From Paragordius varius (lineage: Eukaryota > Animalia > Nematomorpha): a stretch of 64,000 nucleotides of DNA. Shown piece by piece: positions 26,852 to 37,524 of this stretch. The notes beneath the pieces are model-generated. The model was not told the DNA's origin. It did no database searches and was given only the letters and a program-made list of their open reading frames with translations. The DNA is taken from contig OZ176050.1 of NCBI GenBank assembly GCA_964247055.1, positions 5,332,001-5,396,000 of the forward strand, in the 5' to 3' direction. Position 1 is the first letter of the stretch. The number at the start of each line of letters is the position of its first letter. A program made the translations under genes and the position numbers.

Positions 26852-27337
26852 ATAAAAACAGATGTTCGCACACACTAAGGCAAGGCATAGTAAGAAAAGC
26901 CTCGCATCTCATACTTCTATATGTAATATAGTAAGGTAAGTTTGTGGAAATATTGCCAAGCTTTTAGATAAAAAAATAGGATTGGAGTATCACAAATATT
27001 TCCTAAAAACGACTCATATTTGTTTTAGTTTGATTTTTTTAGCATATAATCATTATTTCGTATTTAAAAATTTTCAGCTGCAAATTTGGTCCAGTTGGTA
27101 GCTTTTTGAACAAATAAATTGTTGAAAAACTTAGTTTCTTACAAAAATTATGATAGTATTATTAATGATCCCCTAAAATCAAAATCAAAAATCTTAACGA
27201 TTACATAAAACCACTGAAGATTGCCACTTTAATATGTCAACAGTAATCAATAGATCAAACTGTTATTACTCTAATTGAAGAATAAAAATTAATATTTTTT
27301 GCCTCCAAACAAGATAATGTGGGATTTAATCAAATAC

Positions 27338-27490
27338 CTATACAGAGTGGCCATTTAAGAATGAATAATGTAATAATAAAATTGAAATAAACAGCTACAA
27401 AGAAGGAATTATTCTATAACCAATTGGATTTAAAAAATAATTATCAACAATACTTTCAAATGCGCCTCAGTCTGGATTACCACCTCTTAC
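27338..27490 (-). mobile_element. Tc1/mariner 3' end fragment
   Basis: TA-CAGAGTGGCCATTTAAG terminus; the minus strand carries GGCGCATTTGAAAGTATTGTTGA (GGHFE-like transposase tail). Confidence 0.45.
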
Positions 27491-27699
27491 AACCAATTAT
27501 ACGACGTTTCTTAGGTAATACCTTCAAATGATAAATTCATAGGTGGGTTTAACTCCCACGTTGACAGTAATGGTCAAGACTAAATGAGAATATATGGTGA
27601 AACGCTTTTATTAGCCGTAACAAAGAAGGTGTTACACTATTAGAATACTGTTCATCTATTATTAGATTTACTGCAATACCCTCTTTACAACACCAGTAA

Positions 27700-28600
27700 A
27701 TAAATTAATAAATTCAAGAAATCAATATGGGAGATTACATTAACCTCTCCAAGATAGAAAATTCATCAAACGCCCCAAAGCTCATCCAGCTAAACAACAA
27801 ATCGTAGTAATTTAACAAATTTATACCTTATTGACCATAAACCCAAAATAAATTAGGAAAAGCATACCTACGTAATGGAGAACTTCTCACAACCTATAAA
27901 TATACAGCGCTTAGCCCTAACCACCATCTGAACAGGATGATCTTTAGAACACTCCCAAATAAAACAAAATTTTTGTGGCAGAAAGGAAAAAGGTAAAATT
28001 CAAATTCGGTGGTGGTCACAATCTATGAAACATCTGGCTTAAACGTCAAAACTACAAAATATGGTAACAAACAAAAGATAAAAGAGACCTGGATATCAGA
28101 TTAAATAAAAATTGATAACAAGCCATCAATATTTCAGCTAACAAAACAGCTTTGAATTTGGCTTAAAACTTTATTAGGTTATAAATATTCTCAAGATTTT
28201 TCGAACGATAAATTTAATTAACTATAATATAAAAAACATTAAACAAGATGGCTACATCAAAGAGAAACATGAACACCTAGTAACTGCATGGACAGACGTA
28301 AGCAATGTTTGGACCTCATATTACCGAGAGGAATTTACAGAATTACAAGATTTTGAGACAATGGACCACAACAACAATTGGTCCCCGGTCATTGATAACA
28401 TACGATCTAAGAGATCCTTTAACCAAGCTGGAAAAAATAAAGCACTGGTTCATCAGCTACGACATGATCAAAGCTGTAACCCAATTTATTCCACATCAAT
28501 ATATTGAATCTCATCTTGTCAACAAATCGCTCTAAAAATTGGTCAATAGCACCATAATATTTATTTGTAAAAACAAGGGAGACATGCTCGATTATGCTCC
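27700..28600 (+). pseudogene. Possible decayed Penelope-like reverse transcriptase relic
   Basis: 28305-28535 reads ..LTKLEKIKHWFISYDMIKAVTQFIP, loosely like the PLE RT motif LVSFDVxSLFTNIP. Heavily degenerate. Confidence 0.3.
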
Positions 28601-28945
28601 CCCAGACCGCTCAAGTTGTGGGACATTCATTAAAAAATTTTGAATCTATGAAATTGAGATTAATCACTATTATAAAATCTTTTTATGCATAAAAACCAAG
28701 AAGCCGCACATTCGATGTAGTTTTTATTGTAATAAGATTGCAGAACTATATAGCCAAAAATAAAAAATTGCATCACATTTGCACAAATCTACAAGTACCC
28801 AGAAATTTTAAAATTTACACTACGATACATCAACGTAGATGAATGTATAATCAAAGTATTACAATGGTGTACATTAAAATAAACTGCTCAAATAAACATG
28901 GCACAGCAGATCCAAACAAGTTTTGGCTTCATCAAGGATCTATCT

Positions 28946-29571
28946 CAGTGATAATCAAACCGCGGCCCTATAAGTGCTTTTTTGTGGCCCTGAATTTTTT
29001 ATTTGATTACTTATTTACAGTATTAGCATTTGCATATTATATTCCATTTGCACCCTGGGAGTGTCCTTAAACTCTTCAAATTGATCTTTAAAATTTTTAA
29101 ATTATTTAACCATAGTTTCTGCATGTATTTTTATTGTTGTTTTGAACCTAATTTTCTTTATTTATCATATTTATTCATTTAAAAATAAATTTTTTTTATT
29201 CAAATACCACTTTTTTTGTTTCAAAATTTTTTTTCAATTTAACAAAATTATTACTTTATAAATATTTCAACAAAAAATTGTGATTAATAACCCAGATTAC
29301 ATATTTAATTTTACGTGTTAAAATTCTATTAATGATTAAAAATGATGTGATTTAAAAGTTTATGTTAAATGAAGAAAAAAGGTTAAAAATGATAAAATAG
29401 ATGAATGATACATAATTTGATTGATAAAAGTTAACGAAACAAAAATGTTAAAGGACCAACGGTTACTTTTGAAGTGCAAATGGTATAGTTATGTAATAAT
29501 TCTCGGTATTATATGGTGCACGGCCCTTGAAAGAAAAATTCGGCCCTTCAATTTTTTGGTGAGTACCGCAG
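28946..29571. mobile_element. Non-autonomous Buster hAT (same family as 40589-43545), containing a nested MITE
   Basis: Perfect TSD ATCTATCT (28938-28945, 29572-29579; central TA). Left CAGTGATAATCAAACCGCGGCCC; right TTTTTTGGTGAGTACCGCAG. Confidence 0.85.
29042..29485. mobile_element. TA-flanked MITE, short-TIR relative of the 22.5-kb foldback
   Basis: Termini TA-T(T/A)CCATTTGCAC / GTGCAAATGGTA-TA. The interior aligns with 22962-23460 (e.g. CCTAATTTTCTTTATTTAT..CATTTAAAAATAAA, AAAGGACCAAC). Confidence 0.75.
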
Positions 29572-29948
29572 ATCTATCTCGTTTTAATAATGTATGTGCA
29601 TCAAAAAATATAAAAACAAAGCCACCTTAAAACTTATCTAAATAGACGACATCGTGCTCACAGAAAAATCAATGAAGGTATAAAACAATACATGAAAATT
29701 ACACCTAGAAAATAATTCTAGTGAAAATTGTAATTAATACATAACTTAAATTTGATGACAAACAACCCTTTTAATCAATATAGAGGTACAAATGTTCAGC
29801 ATCATCGAATTATCTAGAAAAGTGTTTTTATAAGGTAGTTTTATACCGTATGCTTCAAAATACCATAAAATACGCTAACATAATTTTGTAAAAATATAAA
29901 TTACAAAGTATGCATTTTTCAAATATTTTTTTATATGTTTTAATCTAG

Positions 29949-29987
<39 letters not shown>

Positions 29988-30880
29988 AAAAATTCTTATC
30001 ACGATACATGCGTTTATTTTATATACCAGACCAATTTTGAAGGGTGAAAAAAATTTGATATATGCGGACTCCAAATCTATAAATCAAAATTTTATTAAAA
30101 TGTTGTTTATTTATATTAGTACATGATATATTTTTATAATATTTTTGGATTGAAGCATTTAGCTTTATCCAAAAAAATTCTCTCCAATATAATGTGTTCA
30201 AAAGTTGTCAGAATCCCTCGTATGCTTCAAAACTAAATACGCTATGATCCATTTATTAATCAGAGTATATATTTTTATTAGGATTTTATTGCACCCCCGA
30301 TTTTTACACTATGTATTAGCTGTGGTATCAGTATTAGGGGTGAAACCAGGTCAATCTAACTTGATAGTTTCAGTCTGTAAACTCGTCAATCCCCTTCACA
30401 TCAAAAGCCTTCATGGGTCATTGATAAAAAAGCTTAATTTTTTCATCATTATCTTAAAAATTATAATATCCTTTTAACATTATTTCTTTATGATTTATTA
30501 TGAATAAAATTTTAGTAAAATTTCATATTAATGATTATGTTAAAATATTATTCTAAATTACAAAAATATAATAAGGTTTCGTTTTTGTATAAATATTATT
30601 AAAAAACAGTTTTTGGGAAAAGATTGCTTATGTAAGCATATGGTAGTGATAAAGAAAATAAAACTCTTTTCCCCTATTTAACTTTTATATTTTATGGACA
30701 ACTTTACTTTACGATATACTGAAGTAAATATTTTTATTTTGCAAAGGATAAGATCCGTTTTTTAGTTCAAGTGTAACTGGTATATTATCATTATCAGTTC
30801 TCTTATATTTATTTGGTGATCCATACCTGTCGAGCAAACCGTATATCGTGCATATGATACCGATTACTTAAAGGTGCACC

Positions 30881-32923
30881 ATGCTTAAGAAATTAATAGG
30901 AAAAATTACTTTTGCTTCAACTTTATCTAATAAATCGCCTATCGATGGAATTGATTCTGTTTTAAAGTTAATAAAACATCCCAAAGATAAAGTAATTATT
31001 AAGAAAGATTTGATAGATAAAAATAATGAAATAAACTCTGTTTCTCAAATAAAGTATTTTATATAAATAATTTAGAAATATAATTGAAGGGTTTAAATAT
31101 GATCGGAAGAAAGCAATTAAGAAGGAACCTATATCAGAAAACATACTAACTGAATCTGGTCAAAAGCATACAAAGTATGTATTGAACAAGTTTTACAATA
31201 TTTCGAACTTATTCGAAGAAGAGGATCCCATCAAAACAAAGTTATCATTGCAATATATTACAGCCATATGAGACAAAAAATTGACCTATTCGGGGCTAAA
31301 CCTCTAAATATATTTCTTAAGATGAGTGGCGAACGTAAAGCAGAAGATAGTGACATATATAATGTTTGGGATGAATTGCATCAAAAAGAATTAAAAAATA
31401 ATATTAGACAAGAACCCATAAATGCCTACGAAGAAACAATGCGAAAAACCGAAGAAGGTAGTCTTTGGAAATTTCCTATTGACAATGAAATTGGTAATAT
31501 TTTAGCTTTTATTCTGATAGTTTTTTTTTATAAAAAAATAAAAAAAATACTCAGTGATTTTTTGATTAACTCAACTTTATCTGGTTGTGAATCGGTAATT
31601 TCAGATAACTTTAGGTTATTAAATTCGCTTCTCTTTACAATTTCGTGAAAAGCATTTAGATAGTTTTTGGGTTAAAAAATAATATATATATATATATATT
31701 TCAATAAATTTCTCAATATTTTGGATGTTTCTTAGACAACTTTTAAAATATTTCTATTAATCTATCCCTTTAAAACATGATTAGCTAATGATCATTATAT
31801 TTCGCAAAAGTATACCTTTATATACATTTTTTTGAAACATCTTGGGTATGCTTCATATTACCATATTTTGGGTTTAATAAAATTTATACTGGCTAGCATA
31901 ATTCGTCAAATGACAAATGCATAAATTAAACACCTCTTATATCATATTAAACATCTCGCAATGAGTAGGGATGGAAAAAATATAAATTTTACTTAAATAC
32001 TGTTTCCTAAATCATTGTTTGCCAACAATGGGATTTTAAAAATTTACTAGAATTTTGTAGTACTCAATAGTAAGAGATTATGATAATGAATGAAATGATA
32101 ATGCGGTTAACAGGTTAGAAAAAAATTTAATATTTCCTATAAGCCAAAATTAAAAATTGCATTTTTGTACCACATTCAAATAAACTCAGATACAAAAATT
32201 TAAAACACGTCAACGAAATCTTATTGCTCAATAAGAATGATACTAAATGCGAGGCACTTACATTAGCTCAAATGTCGCACTTTGAAATCTATTATTGTTT
32301 TTATGCGGTAAAGGATTTTAATTTTTTAAATAATTATCATTTATTTACTATTTTACAGCTTACCCAATATATCGCTTTATAAAATGGTTTAATTCTTATA
32401 TAATTTTTTTTGATTATCTGTATTGAAGTGGGAGCAGCGTATATTTTTTACAAACTTAAGATGCTAAAAATTAAAGCATTTACCGCATAACAAGTTTGAT
32501 TCAAATTTAACGCCTCAAGGTATCGCTTAAAATTGTAAAATCTTTATGTATAATATTTTGCTTTTAGGTATATCATTATGGGATATATGTAAATAATCGT
32601 TGACGCATTTTTTTCTATTGTATTTAATTTTATTTGACAATTATGTAAAAGAAAGATAAAAACCTTATTAGCCTGTGCATTTTTCATATTGATATTCATT
32701 TTTATAAAGGTTTTAGCTACCAAATGATATATAATTTATAAACAACTTTTTTGGTGGGCATCGCGTGTATTTTAAAATTATTTTTCAGTTTTTTGAATAT
32801 CGTGACACACTATAATTACGTAATTTATTATTGAAAATCCAATGTAAGTAACAGTATTATATATTTATTCCAGCTAATATATTTTTTGGCTATATGATGC
32901 TGAGATGTATTTTTTGAATTACA

Positions 32924-32995
<72 letters not shown>

Positions 32996-34225
32996 ATATA
33001 TTATTACACTAGATAACAAATTTTGACTTTTTTTAACTGCCATACTTGTAAATTTAAAATTTATTTCATTAAAGCACCTAAATACTATATCTAAAAAAAT
33101 TGGTTTAACCCGTTAATTTTTTTTAATTAGAGTTTATCGATAATTTTTGGCCCCGATTTAACATTTAACTTTAAATTTTTAAAATTAAAAGTTTATAGAG
33201 CCATGTGGAAAAACTGTATCTTTCGAATGGTAGTTAGTCATTTAAATCAATCTTATTAAATGTTATTTGGGTTTGTATGGTCAAAATTTCCGACCCTTAA
33301 ATAAGTCAAAATTTTTTACAGACAAACCAAAAAAAATCCTATATATTATTTTAATATCATTATTAGGGTTACATTATTGAAAAAATTTTTTTAGAAAATA
33401 ATTTTGGATCAAAATTATTATTATCAAAATTATTTTACTAGTGGATACTAAAAGTATAATAACTGTAAATTTATTGCATTGTTAAAAAAATAAAAAAATA
33501 CCTTAAACCTTGTCTTTAGTCTTTGTTTCGAAATTATAAGCTTCATAAAGGAATTTATATTGATTAGATGGTAATTTTTTAGAAAACAAAAAACTTAAAA
33601 ATAGTAGTTTTAAATGGCATAAAATAAATAAGTGTTTTAATAAAAAAAACTTTCCTGTGTTGTCTTTTTTGGTTCATTGCCATCTAGACAAAATTTGAGC
33701 TATTTTCCATTAGTTTTCAAAATATATTAATTAAGAAAAACGCTATCGCTTCGGTTTCTCGCTTACTATGTCCAATATTAACTATCGATGTAAAACTTAT
33801 TAGTTTGCATTTTATAGAGTTTTAATTACTCTTTCAAATATATTTTAAAGGGCATTTGTTGTATACTTTCAAAGAAAAACATTTTTTATTAAAATTTTGA
33901 TAAAGAGGGCACATAATTAAATAAAATAAAATTATACAAATTTCTAAGTTGGAATTATAATTTTTATTTCACTACTGTTAAAATGATAGTAAATATCATA
34001 AAATGCAAAAAACTCGAGTGGCAGAAATACTCTTTTTGTGCAGAAACGCCTTATATTAAGTATTTGCAAACAATTATTGGCTATCATGAAATGCAAAAAG
34101 TTTGTACGTAAAAAACTAAAATTCTTTATAGCATATTATTAAACATGCAAAACGGCTATTTTGCCGCTAAAACCCCTGTTTCATTTCAAAGTTTCCAATT
34201 TTATCATTAATGTTTTTTGAGGGAT

Positions 34226-34270
<45 letters not shown>

Positions 34271-35018
34271 TTTATTTAAATAGTTTTTTAATGTGTTAAA
34301 TTATCAAGTATATTTTATGTAAAATGGTTTGCTATCAACGAATACAGCAGTTTTTTAATTAACATTAAATATAATTAATATCAAAGCAGAAAAATAAACA
34401 CTCCTTTTTTATAGTTATAGTTATAATGTTATAAATGGGTTATCTCACAAAAGAGTACGTACAAAACAACGCTTCCCGTATAGAACTATATGAAAGCGTA
34501 ATAATTTATTATTAATTGAATGTAAATATTTTTTTACAAAACTTTTCAGATGTGGGGGAAGAAAAAAATGTTTCATTTCAAGATCATGTTTTTATTCACG
34601 ATTATTTCCTTGAACATTTACAGCATTTGAATTCGAATCACATTATGCATTTACCAAACCTTAAACATTTTATGGAGCTTGTTTGTGTTGGCCTTGGGCG
34701 CAATCCGCACTATACTGTTCAAGAAAAGCGTCAGATAGTTTTATGGTCTGACATATTTTGTTAAAATTGTTTAAGCCAGTACTTATATATTTTTGGTAAT
34801 ATGGACCATTATAATCTTTATTAAGCATTAAAAACAAAGTTTTGTTTTAACAACAATTTAATCCTATATATCAGAAGTATCACAATCTTTAGTTTAAAAT
34901 GTATTTACATTTATACTTATTACTTAGGTATGTCCAATACTTTGAATCAAAAAAAGATATTATTCAAGCATCCCTTGATATTCAAGAGAGTGATACTCAA
35001 CAAAGCGCAGTCATTTAA
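30881..35018 (+). CDS. MRPS31: Mitochondrial ribosomal protein S31 (mS31), 284 aa, 5 exons
   Basis: Exons 30881-31053, 31076-31240, 31264-31493, 34550-34745, 34928-35018 (855 nt). C-terminal domain LFGAKPLNIF..WDE..EEGSLWKFPIDNE..FQDHVF..HFMELVCVGLGRNPHYTVQEK..WYVQYFESKKDI matches the MRP-S31 pattern. Confidence 0.9.
31054..31075 (+). other. 22-nt intron (MRPS31 i1)
   Basis: GTATTTTATATAAATAATTTAG; removes an in-frame TAA and restores frame. Lies in the poorly conserved N-terminal region. Confidence 0.7.
31241..31263 (+). other. 23-nt intron (MRPS31 i2)
   Basis: GTTATCATTGCAATATATTACAG; restores frame into the conserved domain. A longer alternative from 31175 has the same phase. Confidence 0.6.
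32922..33002. repeat. (TA)n microsatellite (others at ~29950, ~34225, ~42625, ~49915)
   Basis: Long imperfect TA run. Confidence 0.9.
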
Positions 35019-35116
35019 TTATATTTATTCATAATTTTACCGATACATATGTCGATATAATGTTTATATTTGGAATATCATACAACAATAATAATTTTAT
35101 AGATTGTGTTTATTAA

Positions 35117-36529
35117 TCACTTTTTAAACCATTTAACACACATTTTTATTGCATTACGACGTAGGATAGAATTACCGAAAAATATGAAATATGGAAATAT
35201 ATAAAACTTAAGAAAAATCAAAAGCACAGTTATAGTGCGCAAAAAAAAGCTTCGTGGTTCTTTGTCTTTGAGAGCACCAGTTAACCAAGCCCCCCTTGCT
35301 AATGTGATGATAGCCCATGGTAAGGTGGTGAACAACATTATAACACTTATCAAATTGGTAATGAAGGTTAAATTTTGATTTCTTTCACGTATGATTCCAG
35401 CTTTATCTTCTGAATACGTTTTTAAGTTTTTCAGAGTATAATCATGTTTCATTGATTTATTTGATGTGTGCCCATCTGTGATGGACAGAGCATTTTGTTG
35501 ATGTTTTTTGTCAATATTTTCTGGCTCTGAATGAATATTCGGTTTTATGTCCGTCTGTAACGTGGTTGGCCTCTTATTGTTTATTAAACCGAAAATTCCT
35601 GATGATTTTGATGTACGACTAGGTGTAACGCTTGCTGATAAGGCCTGATGGATTTTATTGCGTTTTCGTAAAAATATTTTTCCACAAACCAAATTTATAA
35701 TAATGATTATACATGGCAAAAGATATACAATGAAGATGTGAGCGGGATCAAAAAAGTTTCGACTAAATTTTATGAGTTGACGGTTAATTTTATCAGTATA
35801 GTTGATTGGTGATAACTTTACAAATATGATTGGTGTGTGGTTTTCGAAAATTCCATTTTGTTCAATTTTACAAAAGTATCTCCAAACCTGATTCAAATTA
35901 AAAAAGAACCAAAACGGTATATTTATTGAACAAGCGAATACGATGATGATTAGCAAGATTGTAAAAAGGAAAGAATCCTTACTATATTTCGTACGATAAA
36001 AAATCGGTAATTTTATTGCAAAAACTGTATCGAACGATAAAAAAACTACCAAATAATTTAGGATAGTTATAAGTATTTGATCTATGGCCCATTGTATTTT
36101 TACCATCCATGATATTACTAATATGCCAATTTGCTTATTGACATTCAACAAGTTACAATCTTGTTTAACATTATATTTAAGGATGAAAAAAAAGTAGTAC
36201 ATTGGCCAAAATAGCATTAAACAACAAATAATTAAACATGTCATAGTTATGGATTTCAAAAAGAAACGGATTTGTATTTTGTATTGTACAGGTTTTCCAC
36301 AATCTCCCGATCTACTTCCAAGCGCCCAAAATAAAACAAAATTTCCTAGAATACCTAATGGGGCAAAAACAAGTATAATTATACTTGCTGTATGATATTC
36401 GTTAAGTTTTGAAGAAGCTAATGTATCAGTATATGCTGTAAAAGATGACATTAGGTTTTGATAAAATAAAATTATAACTACAAAAAATAATTGTTTCCTA
36501 CCACATAACAACTTTGAAAAAATTGGCAT
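35117..36529 (-). CDS. Single-exon class A (rhodopsin-like) GPCR, peptide-receptor/chemoreceptor-like
   Basis: 470-aa ORF with seven hydrophobic segments: TM1 LGILGN; TM3 end SFDTVFAIKLP (DRxxAIxxP-like); TM4 INIPFW; TM5 YLLPC; TM6 TTLPW. The start may be Met at 36451. Confidence 0.85.
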   Translation of the reverse strand: MPIFSKLLCGRKQLFFVVIILFYQNLMSSFTAYTDTLASSKLNEYHTASIIILVFAPLGILGNFVLFWALGSRSGDCGKPVQYKIQIRFFLKSITMTCLIICCLMLFWPMYYFFFILKYNVKQDCNLLNVNKQIGILVISWMVKIQWAIDQILITILNYLVVFLSFDTVFAIKLPIFYRTKYSKDSFLFTILLIIIVFACSINIPFWFFFNLNQVWRYFCKIEQNGIFENHTPIIFVKLSPINYTDKINRQLIKFSRNFFDPAHIFIVYLLPCIIIIINLVCGKIFLRKRNKIHQALSASVTPSRTSKSSGIFGLINNKRPTTLQTDIKPNIHSEPENIDKKHQQNALSITDGHTSNKSMKHDYTLKNLKTYSEDKAGIIRERNQNLTFITNLISVIMLFTTLPWAIITLARGAWLTGALKDKEPRSFFLRTITVLLIFLKFYIFPYFIFFGNSILRRNAIKMCVKWFKK

Positions 36530-37053
36530 ACCTAAATCTTTAAAATTAATTACCTCCTTTACTCCAAAAATTTTGGCTATGAATATTCATTAGACTAATT
36601 GAAAAAATATCATAATAATAGGTTAAAATTAGGTGTTTGATTTAGAAAACGTATGATTTAATTAGAAAATCAATCAATAAATACCCTTTTGCAAAGACGG
36701 ATTATGAATAAAAGTCTTTATATTTAAACGTATTATAATTTAAAATATTGAATTCCTGTTATATCTTTTGACATATTAAGTATATATATATTGAACATGC
36801 AGCTTATTGGAAGCATAACTATATGCATTGATAATATTAATTTTTTCCTTAATGAATAGGAAAATGATAATGACTGGATTAATTAAAATTATAAAATTTT
36901 AATTATGAAATAAATTTTTAACAAAAATAACAAGTACTCAAAAAAATAAAATTCAACAATGGTAACAATTACTCAAAAAAATAAAATTATTGAACATGCA
37001 GCTTGATGAAACCATAACTATATGCATTGATCAAAACAAAAAAATAAAAAAAA

Positions 37054-37136
37054 TAGCACGGGTGGGGTTTGAACCCACGCGGACATACGTCCATTGGATC
37101 TTAAGTCCAACGCCTTAACCACTCGGCCACCGTGCT
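37054..37136 (-). tRNA. tRNA-Leu (anticodon TAA)
   Basis: AGCACGG/CCGTGCT acceptor stem; A box TGGCCGAGTGG; anticodon arm TTGGA-CTTAAGA-TCCAA; long variable arm; B box GGTTCAAACCC; oligo-T terminator downstream. Confidence 0.97.
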
Positions 37137-37214
37137 TGTGATATGAGTCCTCTCGTTTAATTTTATATTTCCAAAAAAGGTTTCAAGGTTCCTTATTTTA
37201 ATTAAAATGATCAT

Positions 37215-37516
37215 ATGAGTCGCTACTGGAAGGCCTCCTCTTCTCACATTGGATTATTGTCTAAAACAATTTTAGTAAGAGATAACAAGGTAGAGGAATC
37301 TTTTCAGGCGTTAAATCGGTTAGTTTTTTATTATTATTTTATAGAATTTTAAACCAAGAAAAAATAATACCTGCAATACGAAATAATAGATATTTCGAAA
37401 AACAACGACGCATAAGATTGGCTTTTGAATTTTGTAAATCTATATATAATTATGATATGAATCGTAAAATTCAATATGCTATTCGTAAAAATCGTCCTTC
37501 TCCATGGCTTGCATAA
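37215..37516 (+). CDS. MRPS21: Mitochondrial ribosomal protein S21 (bS21m), 91 aa, 2 exons
   Basis: Exons 37215-37318 and 37345-37516: ..SKTILVRDNKVEESFQALNRILNQEKII..RYFEKQRRIRLAFEFCKSIYNYDMNRKIQYAIRKNRPSPWLA*, collinear with animal MRPS21. Confidence 0.88.
37319..37344 (+). other. 26-nt intron (MRPS21 i1)
   Basis: GTTAGTTTTTTATTATTATTTTATAG; joins ALN-R-ILN. Confidence 0.88.
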
Positions 37517-37524
37517 TTAGAAAT

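Noticed and set aside
30992-31075. A conventional 84-nt first intron for MRPS31
   Set aside because: The phase-0 donor at 30992 leads to AAA TAT AAT TGA (stop); only the phase-2 donor at 31054 keeps frame
36785-37030. ~45-bp direct repeat (TATTGAACATGCAGCTT..CATAACTATATGCATTGAT) and a 26-bp repeat upstream of the GPCR
   Set aside because: Simple local tandem duplication; no evidence of function
37380-37400. Suspected frameshift in MRPS21 exon 2
   Set aside because: Coordinate arithmetic (37346 to stop at 37514 = 56 codons) shows the exon is in frame
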